NCBI GenBank assembly: GCA_036444275.1
Contig: JAZGAD010000010.1
Location: forward strand, 14,271 to 78,270
Reading direction: 5' to 3'
Length of the DNA stretch: 64,000 nucleotides
Origin: Candidatus Hydrothermarchaeales archaeon
GTDB lineage: Archaea > Hydrothermarchaeota > Hydrothermarchaeia > Hydrothermarchaeales > JAZGAD01
Within the stretch, counting starts at the first letter, position 1; each line of letters opens with the position of its first letter. The notes beneath the pieces were generated by a model, which was not told the origin of the DNA, made no database searches, and saw only the letters and a program-made list of their open reading frames with translations. This document shows positions 40,998 to 48,933 of the stretch, one piece after another. A program made the position numbers and the translations under genes.

Positions 40998-41318
40998 ATG
41001 GGTGACTGTATGAAAGGCAAAAACACTCTTACAGAAATAATGGACATCTTTAAAAAATATGAAAAGGAACTGAACAGAAGGTACGGGATCAAAAAGATTG
41101 GGATATTTGGCTCGTACCTAAGAAGCGAAGCTGGAGAGGAGAGCGATCTAGATATACTTGTAGAATTTGAACAAGACGTAGATATAGGGCTTTTAAAATT
41201 TGTAGAGATAGAGAACTATCTGAGTGACCTTCTTGGTGTTAAAGTGGATTTGGTGGAAAAATCTGCATTAAAACCGAGGATAGGACGGCGTATATTGAAA
41301 GAGGTTGTTTACGCATGA
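40998..41318 (+). CDS. MntA-like nucleotidyltransferase antitoxin (cassette 2)
   Basis: [16 protein letters not shown] (GSX10DXD). Confidence 0.9.
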   Translation: MGDCMKGKNTLTEIMDIFKKYEKELNRRYGIKKIGIFGSYLRSEAGEESDLDILVEFEQDVDIGLLKFVEIENYLSDLLGVKVDLVEKSALKPRIGRRILKEVVYA

Positions 41319-41659
41319 AGAGAGAGGTTGGAGACTATATTCAAGATGTCATCGACGCTACGAATAAAGGCATGAGATTTGTTGAGGGTGTGGAATATGA
41401 AGATTTCATTCATGATGATAAAACCGTATTTGCTGTGATAAGAGCTATAGAGGTTATTGGTGAAGCAGTCAAAAATATACCTGAAGATGTAAAAATGGAG
41501 TATCCCGAAATTCCCTGGAGAGATATTGCCGGAATGAGAGATAAGCTTATTCATGCTTATTTTGGAGTTAGCATCAAAAGAGTATGGAAAGCTATAAAAG
41601 AAGAAATTCCTCCATTAAAACCTGTATTTGAAAAAATGCTTAAGGACTTAGAAAAATGA
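41315..41659 (+). CDS. HepT/DUF86 toxin (cassette 2)
   Basis: [16 protein letters not shown] (RX4HXY); ATGA coupling to the antitoxin. Confidence 0.9.
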   Translation: MKREVGDYIQDVIDATNKGMRFVEGVEYEDFIHDDKTVFAVIRAIEVIGEAVKNIPEDVKMEYPEIPWRDIAGMRDKLIHAYFGVSIKRVWKAIKEEIPPLKPVFEKMLKDLEK

Positions 41660-41735
41660 GGTCTATAATATTCGGTAGGCTTGGGTACTCTGCGGATTTG
41701 CATTGCAAATCCTTGCCCTCGCTATCGCTCGGGTC

Positions 41736-41886
41736 GCCTAACAGGCGGGTATGCGGTTCGAAATGATGAAAAGTGGTCTCACCCAGATTCCTTTGACAAC
41801 GGTTATATTCAGCTTTCACATTGCTCTCACCTGATGAAATCGGGATGCTCGCAGTCGGCACTTCGCATACCCGCGAAACGTTAGAC
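41736..41886 (+). repeat. attC-like site 2
   Basis: GCCTAAC-AG-GCGGGTATGCG ... ACTT-CGCATACCCGC-GAAAC-GTTAGAC; perfect 11-bp arms. Confidence 0.85.
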
Positions 41887-41930
41887 GCAATAAATTTCAA
41901 TAGTTTGATTTTATATGGAGATATACAATC

Positions 41931-42365
41931 ATGAAAAAGTTTCGAGATGTCGATGAGATAAAAGTAAAATTAGAAGAAGTGAATGCCTTATTTGAAAAAG
42001 GTGATCTTGCATGTTTTTTGTATCTATCAAGTTATATTGAAGATCGCCTGAAACGTAATCTAATGGTTCATTGTTTGTCAGAAGACAGATATTCTAAAGA
42101 GATTGAACATTATATTTTCAACTTAAATCTCTATAATTTAATTGAAATATCCAACTTATTCGGATTAATTACTAAAGAAACTTATACGGATTTGGAAATT
42201 TATAGAAAGTTTAGAAATGAATTGTTTCATGATGCAATTTTCAATGAAGCAATTGATAGAGAGTATGAGAAATATTATTCATTAGGTTGTAAAATAATAT
42301 GTGAACTTCATGACACGGGTGTCGAAATATGCGACGCAATAACCAAAAAAGTAGACATTTCCTAA
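41931..42365 (+). CDS. Putative HEPN-domain protein (cassette 3)
   Basis: Helical protein with IE..L and RNELFH (RX4H) motif; GGAG RBS; AT-rich. Confidence 0.65.
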   Translation: MKKFRDVDEIKVKLEEVNALFEKGDLACFLYLSSYIEDRLKRNLMVHCLSEDRYSKEIEHYIFNLNLYNLIEISNLFGLITKETYTDLEIYRKFRNELFHDAIFNEAIDREYEKYYSLGCKIICELHDTGVEICDAITKKVDIS

Positions 42366-42375
42366 AATTTACATC

Positions 42376-42459
42376 GCCTAACAGAGCGTATCTGGTTCGC
42401 TATCGCTCACCTAAATCTCTCCCGTTGCCTGAACTTCAGATACGCTCGGAACGTTATAT
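42376..42459 (+). repeat. attC-like site 3
   Basis: GCCTAAC-A-GAGCGTATCTG ... ACTT-CAGATACGCTC-GGAAC-GTTATAT; perfect 11-bp arms. Confidence 0.85.
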
Positions 42460-42515
42460 GCAATTTCAAAGAAGTTACTATTCCCCAATTTGAGTTATTA
42501 AAGGAGGTCTAACTT

Positions 42516-43427
42516 ATGTCAATGAAGTCTAAAAGAAAAGACCCCACACCTAAACAGAAAGAAAAATTGCTCTCTATGAATGCGGGAGTTTGCTGTGTAT
42601 GCAAAACAAGAGGGCAAGGTGTTAATTTTCATCATATTGACGGTGACAATACCAACACTGTCATTGAAAACTTAGCTGTTCTTTGCATCAAGGATCATGA
42701 TGCATATCATAGACCTCAGGTTTATACAGAGATGAAACATTTAGAGCTTGGAGCTGAAAAGATATTAAAATGCAAGCTTGAATGGGAATCATTTATAAAA
42801 GCAGCACAAAAAGAAAGTCCCAAAGTGCTAGCTGTAATAAATATTTACGGGACTGAAGAAAGCATACATTCTATGAGATTAATTTTCCAGACAATTGAAT
42901 CAAAAATAATTTTTGAACGACTATATCATCTACTTACAGGATCACCTAAAAGTTGGATAGATTCTGCAATTGATGAAGTTCGCTGGCTTGGATCAAATAT
43001 TCCACTTTCAATAGTAGATAAACCACTTCCAATTGAATATTGCCCTTGCTGTGATAAATCTTTAGCGAATGTAATTGATAGTAATGTTGCAAAGAGGATA
43101 ACGGCAAGCAATTGGGAACAAAATTCTATCTGTTCTATTTATATCAATCCTTCACAACCTTCTTTGGCAATTATACTATTGTATGAAAAAGAAGTTCTTC
43201 TTACCGGATCACTTCATAAATGTGGTGAATGCCTACATTTCATTTGTGATAATTTCGAGGAAAGAGTTCCAATTAAAAAATCGCCCAGCGTGAGAACTCA
43301 GGCAACTAGAATTTTATCTAAAGTTTTAAGTGAGTGGCACCCAGCCCAAATACTTATTGGAACAGGAGATGAAGATAATCCTGAGATCATTGACAATTTG
43401 AACCTATCACGAATATGGGAGAATTAA
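42516..43427 (+). CDS. HNH endonuclease-domain protein with unknown C-terminal region (cassette 4)
   Basis: CCVC..HHIDG..N....NLAVLC..DH..H; AGGAGG RBS. Confidence 0.75.
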   Translation: MSMKSKRKDPTPKQKEKLLSMNAGVCCVCKTRGQGVNFHHIDGDNTNTVIENLAVLCIKDHDAYHRPQVYTEMKHLELGAEKILKCKLEWESFIKAAQKESPKVLAVINIYGTEESIHSMRLIFQTIESKIIFERLYHLLTGSPKSWIDSAIDEVRWLGSNIPLSIVDKPLPIEYCPCCDKSLANVIDSNVAKRITASNWEQNSICSIYINPSQPSLAIILLYEKEVLLTGSLHKCGECLHFICDNFEERVPIKKSPSVRTQATRILSKVLSEWHPAQILIGTGDEDNPEIIDNLNLSRIWEN

Positions 43428-43465
43428 GATTATTACTCAAATAACTCAAATTATGATGAAACGGC

Positions 43466-43528
43466 GTATAACAGAGCATACCTGGCTTCGTGCCTTCGGC
43501 GGACTTCAGATACACGCAACCGTTAAGT
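43466..43528 (+). repeat. attC-like site 4 (degenerate arms)
   Basis: GTATAAC-A-GAGCATACCTG ... ACTT-CAGATACACGC-AACC-GTTAAGT. Confidence 0.75.
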
Positions 43529-43569
43529 GAAAAAGCCCAAAGTTTATTGAATTAAAATGAGGCAAATCC

Positions 43570-44094
43570 GTGAAAGATAATAAACTTCAACAGCTCAAAG
43601 TTGTAATCTCCCTTCTTGAGAAGTATAATAAAATCGAAGAAAAATTAAAAGAGCTCAAAATCGTTCGAACGAGAAAGGTTATCTCAGAAGTTGGCGAGTG
43701 GTATGTCTCTATTCTTTTTAATTGTAAAATAAATACTAACCCGTCTGAAAAAGGATTCGATTGTATTGACCCTGAGACTGGGAAGAAGATTGAAATAAAG
43801 ACTATCAGAAAATCAGAAAGTAATCCTATTGGCTATAGGTTATCTAAGGATAAAGTCGAGCGGCAAATTTTTGATGAACTTATTATTTTGAGGTTGGGAG
43901 ATAATTTTCGGATAAGACAATTGTTTAAGTTGGATAGAGATGATATTTCGGAGGAGAATTTTTCCCTTCTTAGCAGTGCGAAATATAATTTGAGTTGGAA
44001 TTCCTTAAAAAAGGGAAACTTCGAAGTTACTCATGAAAATGCTTTACAAAGAGGGTTAGATGATATAGAAGTATTTAGAATGCTAATGGAATAA
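43570..44094 (+). CDS. PD-(D/E)XK nuclease-like protein (cassette 5)
   Basis: SEVGE..KGFDC...IEIK motif. Confidence 0.7.
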   Translation: MKDNKLQQLKVVISLLEKYNKIEEKLKELKIVRTRKVISEVGEWYVSILFNCKINTNPSEKGFDCIDPETGKKIEIKTIRKSESNPIGYRLSKDKVERQIFDELIILRLGDNFRIRQLFKLDRDDISEENFSLLSSAKYNLSWNSLKKGNFEVTHENALQRGLDDIEVFRMLME

Positions 44095-44107
44095 TATGGG
44101 CTTCTTC

Positions 44108-44183
44108 GCCTAACAGTGTGTTTGCGAAGTGCCGAAGGCATTTGGGTGAGCATGATGCACCGCAAACACACGAACCATTACGC
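44108..44183 (+). repeat. attC-like site 5 (core GTT changed to ATT)
   Basis: GCCTAAC-A-GTGTGTTTGCG ... CGCAAACACAC-GAACC-ATTACGC; perfect 11-bp arms. Confidence 0.8.
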
Positions 44184-44248
44184 GACATTGCGAAATATAA
44201 GAATTTGCGTCTTTTAGATATTCAAAATGGAAATTTCAGGCGCAGTTA

Positions 44249-44261
44249 TTCTTGAATACCA
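44249..44261 (+). repeat. Right copy of 13-bp direct repeat TTCTTGAATACCA
   Basis: Identical to 32315-32327. Confidence 0.55.
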
Positions 44262-44337
44262 AAAGTGACCTAGTGAATTTCCTAAATACTTAAATACAAT
44301 CCATAATCCCTTTTTATTATCTGAATGGGGACGAAGT

Positions 44338-45048
44338 ATGAGAAAGATACTCCCACTAGCTGTCATCCTTATCTTGATCCTAGCGGTCGGCTACTTTTAC
44401 TTGTCTCAGAGACCGAGAGAAGAACTCGTAGGCTCCGAGGCAATAGGAGAAAACGCCCGAATTCTCACCATTAAGACCGAAGTCAAGGGCGTAGAGCACA
44501 CGAGGCATGACATAGAGTACACCAGAGAAGAACGGACTTTCAGGAACTATTTCGACTCCAAACTGAGGCCTGCATTGGCCTGGATAAAAGGAAACGCACC
44601 TGAAGATGCTGTCTTCCTCTGTTGGTGGGACTATGGGCATATGATACGTGGCTATACCGAGAGAGACGCAGTGGTATATAGTCCTTCTAAGGGCATAATG
44701 GAGACTGTATCCAGCGGCAAGTGGGACACCTCCGCTAGTGGAGACTTCTCTACAGAGGAAAGGATAAGAGAAGTAGCTCTAGCCCTAACAGCAAGAGATC
44801 CAAAAGAAACTCTTGATATAATGAAAAAATACAGAGCTAACTATGTCTTTATAACCGCAGAGGATTCTGCGAAGAGCTTTGCCATCTTCTCTAGCTTGGG
44901 CTACGACCCCTCTGAGTATCTAGTGGATTGGAAGCCTACAGAGAAAGCCATGGAAACTATGCTCTTCAAGATGCTCGGGCACGAGCGGGTAGAGGGCTTG
45001 AACCTGCTGTATTCAGATGAATTCGTGAAAATCTATGGGCTAGAATGA
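44338..45048 (+). CDS. Stand-alone STT3/AglB C-terminal-domain protein
   Basis: One N-terminal TM helix; ALAWIK.N..VFLCWWDYGHMI motif; YRANYVFI. Confidence 0.75.
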   Translation: MRKILPLAVILILILAVGYFYLSQRPREELVGSEAIGENARILTIKTEVKGVEHTRHDIEYTREERTFRNYFDSKLRPALAWIKGNAPEDAVFLCWWDYGHMIRGYTERDAVVYSPSKGIMETVSSGKWDTSASGDFSTEERIREVALALTARDPKETLDIMKKYRANYVFITAEDSAKSFAIFSSLGYDPSEYLVDWKPTEKAMETMLFKMLGHERVEGLNLLYSDEFVKIYGLE

Positions 45049-45450
45049 AAGGGCCTACTACTATTTCTGGCTTTGGAACTTACCTCGAAGTCTGCTGCAA
45101 TCTTTTCCTCAAAGGCCTTTCTATCGCTCCTAGCAGTAACTCCTTCCGTCTCTAAGAGCCCATACATTCTCTACAGAGAGACCCCGCATTATGGTATAGC
45201 CCTTCGTTGCTCCAGAAGGCTGCATCCTGATGTCTAAACAGGAAGTGTCGATATCGCCACTCACATCTAGTTTCTCAAGGCTCGCAGGAAGGCGGGTTAG
45301 AGTCTCTCTTCTTGTGCTTTTGGTGGGATGATCGAAAATCTCGAGCTCGGTTTTTGTGCGGGAAACCTAATATGTTAGAATAACTATTACAGTTCTCATG
45401 ATCATGCAATATGTACGTGTACGGGAAAATAAAAACGTTGGTGTGTTGCG

Positions 45451-46248
45451 ATGCGGTTAGCATCGATTGTCATGATAGCCCTTCTCAGATACGAGACAAC
45501 GAAAAGGTGCATAGAGAGCATTTTTGAGAGAACCATGGCGCCCTTTGAGCTGATAGTCGTCGCTGTGGACTGTGAGAAGAAGATGAGAGAATTTTTTGAG
45601 GACCTTCAGAGGAAAAAGAAGAACCTAAAGGTCATCCATATAAAAAGCGGTCTGGGAACAACCGGCTCCAGAAATGTCGGCATACGAGCCTGTTCTGGGG
45701 ATTATATAGTGTTTATGGACAACGATGCTCTTGTGAGCGAGGGATGGTTGGGAAAGTTGGAGAGGGTGGCTGAAAGCTCTCCGGATATCGGCCTTGTGGG
45801 CCCTAAAATCCTCAGGAAGAGCGGTGAGATTTATTATTGCAGCAAGTATATGAACGCGAAAGTGGAAGGGGGAAAAGTGGTGGAGATGGGCCTCAGCAAG
45901 ACAGAAGTCTATAGCGGTGATGACCCCGAGGTCAACAGACAGGAGGAGGTGGTGTGGTATCCCACCACAACCCTGCTCGTAAAAAGGGAGGTGATAGAAA
46001 AAGTTGGGGGTTTTGATGAAGCATTTTTTCTTGTGGATGAGGACAAGGACCTCTGTCTGAGCGCGAGAGAAGCTGGCTACAAAACAATATATGCGCCATA
46101 TGCAGAAGTTGTTCACCTTCACGACTATCGTCTGGTGGATAGGCACAACACCTACCACAAGAACTTCAGGCTCAGGATGGACCTGATAGAAAAGGACAAC
46201 AAAAATTTTGAGAAGAAGTGGGGCCTGAGACTTGTTGACATATGGTAG
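45451..46248 (+). CDS. GT2-family glycosyltransferase
   Basis: RNVG, FMDND, GGFDE, EDKDLC, H motif. Confidence 0.9.
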   Translation: MRLASIVMIALLRYETTKRCIESIFERTMAPFELIVVAVDCEKKMREFFEDLQRKKKNLKVIHIKSGLGTTGSRNVGIRACSGDYIVFMDNDALVSEGWLGKLERVAESSPDIGLVGPKILRKSGEIYYCSKYMNAKVEGGKVVEMGLSKTEVYSGDDPEVNRQEEVVWYPTTTLLVKREVIEKVGGFDEAFFLVDEDKDLCLSAREAGYKTIYAPYAEVVHLHDYRLVDRHNTYHKNFRLRMDLIEKDNKNFEKKWGLRLVDIW

Positions 46249-46394
46249 AAAGATACTCGATGAGGGCGAAGTTTAACTATTTAACTCTAATGAGGTAAAT
46301 GGCTTTGGAACAAAAATACCTCAGCTCATCTTCCTTAAAGCGGTGGACCTATACCTGCTCGATCTTTATATTAGGGTTACGATGATTATGATAC

Positions 46395-46910
46395 CTATGG
46401 TCTTGCCTTCTTTAGAAGCTCGTACAACTCTCTTGCAAGGCCATTGAATTCATACTCCTCATCCCAGAAATCGCCTACGTCATAACCCTTTCTCTCGTAC
46501 TCCAGTGCCTGGATTAGAAGCTCTAACTTATCGGCCTGCTTCACCGATTTAGCCTCAGGGCTCTTGCCCTTGACATACTCCCCCCACAGCTTTCTGTATC
46601 CAGGAAAATGTTTCAATGCCTCGTCTATGGCTCGCTCCTCGATCTCCCTTTTCTCAGGATATCTTGGAGAAAATATGCTGATATCCCCAACCCTCGCCTC
46701 TTGGAGGTCATGTAGGAGGGCCATCCTTATAACCTTCTCAACATCTAGCTTTTCCTCATCGGCAAGAAGCATCGAGAGGAATGCCACGCCCAGTGCATGC
46801 TCTGCAACGCTCTCTGCCTCGCGAACGCCCCTAAGCTTCCAGCCCTCTCTAGAAGTCAGCTTAAGTCTTTCCACCTCTTCTATAAGCCTCAATAAATGCT
46901 TGGCATTCAT
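46395..46910 (-). CDS. HD-domain hydrolase (YfbR/HDDC2-like)
   Basis: REGW, ESVAEH, LLHD..E..GD, ADKLE. Confidence 0.9.
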   Translation of the reverse strand: MNAKHLLRLIEEVERLKLTSREGWKLRGVREAESVAEHALGVAFLSMLLADEEKLDVEKVIRMALLHDLQEARVGDISIFSPRYPEKREIEERAIDEALKHFPGYRKLWGEYVKGKSPEAKSVKQADKLELLIQALEYERKGYDVGDFWDEEYEFNGLARELYELLKKARP

Positions 46911-46958
46911 CTTTCTAGACTATGGTACTAATTTTATATAAAAATGAATTGAAAAGAT

Positions 46959-47855
46959 ATGACTATGGAGATAATATTCCTAGGTACAACGGCAGCGGTA
47001 CCAAGTGTCGAGCGTGGTCACTCAGCCATAGCATTGAGATACCTGGACGAGGTGCTCTTGTGGGACTGTGGCGAAGGCACCCAGCGGCAGCTAATCAGGG
47101 CTAAGATCAGCTACATGAAGATAAAGAAGGTCTTCGTTACCCACTTTCATGGCGACCACTTCCTTGGTATACCGGGCTTGATCCAGACCATGTCATTCGC
47201 TGGTAGAGAAGAGCCCCTTACAGTATACGGCCCTAGGGGGATAGACAAGCTATTGAAGAACATCTTAGCACTAGGTGATTATACGCTGCGCTTCGAGGTA
47301 GTGCCAGAAGAGATAGACGATGGATTTCATCTGGAGGAAGAGAAGTACGTTATAAGATGCCTAAACGTGGAGCATTACACCCCTACATATGCCTTGGTCT
47401 TTGAGGAAAAGAAGGGAAGGGAGTTTCTGCCTGAGAAGGCCCTAGCACTGGGTTTGAGACCCGGCCCCAAGTATTCTAGATTGCAGTGTGGAGAAGCAGT
47501 GGAACACGAAGGTAGGACAATCCAGCCCGACGATGTGCTTGGAGACAAAAAAATGGGCTACAAGATCGTTTATTCCTCTGACACCAGGCCCTGTAGCAAC
47601 GTGATAGAGGCATGCAAGGATGCAGTATTAATCCATGATGGCACTTTCGACGAGGAGCGGAAGAAAAATGCCATCGAGACCATGCATTCCACATGCGCAG
47701 AGGCGGCAGAAGTTGCGAGAAAAGGCGGTGCGAAGAGCCTTTACCTGACCCATATAAGTCCCAGATACAAGGACACCGAGGTCCTGCTGAATGAGGCTAG
47801 AAAGATTTTTGACAACTCTAGGGTGGCGAGGGATTTCTTGAAAGTAGAAATGTGA
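46959..47855 (+). CDS. rnz: Ribonuclease Z
   Basis: DCGEGTQ, THFHGDH, GP exosite, THISPRY. Confidence 0.95.
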   Translation: MTMEIIFLGTTAAVPSVERGHSAIALRYLDEVLLWDCGEGTQRQLIRAKISYMKIKKVFVTHFHGDHFLGIPGLIQTMSFAGREEPLTVYGPRGIDKLLKNILALGDYTLRFEVVPEEIDDGFHLEEEKYVIRCLNVEHYTPTYALVFEEKKGREFLPEKALALGLRPGPKYSRLQCGEAVEHEGRTIQPDDVLGDKKMGYKIVYSSDTRPCSNVIEACKDAVLIHDGTFDEERKKNAIETMHSTCAEAAEVARKGGAKSLYLTHISPRYKDTEVLLNEARKIFDNSRVARDFLKVEM

Positions 47856-47865
47856 TTGTGCAAAG

Positions 47866-48894
47866 ATGATTAATCAAGAGTTAAACCAGGTTGTTAAGGA
47901 CCTACGGAGTTTTGGACTGAAAAGATACATGAGCAAGAAGCATGCTGCACACGTCTGGAGAGAAAAAGACTACCTTGATGGCACTGTTGATGCCGGCGTA
48001 ATAATCCTTCCTACCCGCGGATGCAGATGGGGGAGAACCTCTGGTTGCACAATGTGCGGCTATGTATATGACTCCGACCCTTCAAGTAGCCAAGGCGAAC
48101 TTGTAAAGAAATTCGAGGAAGCTATAGGAAGACTACAGGGAGTGGAATACCTGAAGATCTTCAACTCAGGCAGCTTCTTTGATCCTAAAGAGCTGAGCTC
48201 AAATACCAGGCAGAAGATCCTTTCCATGGTGAATGGAAGAGGGATAAGGAGGGTACAGGTAGAATCAAGACCTGAGTTCCTGGAGGATAAAGCATTGGGA
48301 GAGGCCAAGGAGGCTTCGGAAGCTGAACTGGAAATCGGCCTCGGCCTGGAGACTACTAATGACGACATACGAAGAGACTGTATCAACAAGAACGCCACAT
48401 TAGAAGATTTTAAAGAAGCCATTGATCTCTGTAGACGTAGCGATATCCTCGTGAAGGCATATCTCCTGCTAAAGCCGCCCTTCCTGACTGAGAGAGAAGC
48501 GCTAAGAGATGCAGTGAACTCTGCAGTTGAAGCACAAGCGCTAGGAGCATCGAGGATATCTTTCAATCCTGTGAATATACAGAGGGGCACCCTGGTGGAG
48601 TATTTATGGAAGAGAGGGGAATACCGGCCTCCCTGGCTGTGGAGCGTTTTAGAGGTGCTGAAGGAAACAGCAACCAAGATTAAGGTGCCGGTGCTGAGTC
48701 ATCCAACGGCAGCTGGCAGAGCCAGGGGAGCGCATAACTGCGGCCGGTGCGACAGCGAAGTGCGCGATGCGGTAATGAATTTCTCAATCACACAGGATGC
48801 CAAGTTCTTAAATGGTCCAGCCTGTGACTGCATTGATATATGGATGGATCATCTGGAGTTGGAACAGTTAACACACGGTGTAATAGCCAGATAA
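47866..48894 (+). CDS. Archaeosine-synthesis radical SAM enzyme RaSEA
   Basis: TRGCRW....GCTMCGY, FNSGSF, ESRPEF, KPPFL, RPPWLWS, GAHNC. Confidence 0.85.
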   Translation: MINQELNQVVKDLRSFGLKRYMSKKHAAHVWREKDYLDGTVDAGVIILPTRGCRWGRTSGCTMCGYVYDSDPSSSQGELVKKFEEAIGRLQGVEYLKIFNSGSFFDPKELSSNTRQKILSMVNGRGIRRVQVESRPEFLEDKALGEAKEASEAELEIGLGLETTNDDIRRDCINKNATLEDFKEAIDLCRRSDILVKAYLLLKPPFLTEREALRDAVNSAVEAQALGASRISFNPVNIQRGTLVEYLWKRGEYRPPWLWSVLEVLKETATKIKVPVLSHPTAAGRARGAHNCGRCDSEVRDAVMNFSITQDAKFLNGPACDCIDIWMDHLELEQLTHGVIAR

Positions 48895-48933
48895 GAAGAA
48901 AATAACTATGCATAATTGCTTTCATTCAATTTT

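Larger units (their letters stand above)
32315..44261 (+). mobile_element. Integron-like island: tyrosine recombinase, attI-like site and five cassettes
   Basis: Recombinase followed by co-oriented genes separated by five RYYTAAC..GTT hairpins; 13-bp direct repeat TTCTTGAATACCA at both edges. Confidence 0.85.

Noticed and set aside
41681-41900. ORFs 41681-41884 (+) and 41640-41900 (-)
   Set aside because: They overlap att site 2 and its hairpins; no protein-like features.
40880-44183. CRISPR array interpretation of the recurring TCGCCTAACA motif
   Set aside because: Repeats are not identical, are separated by whole genes, and no cas genes are present.
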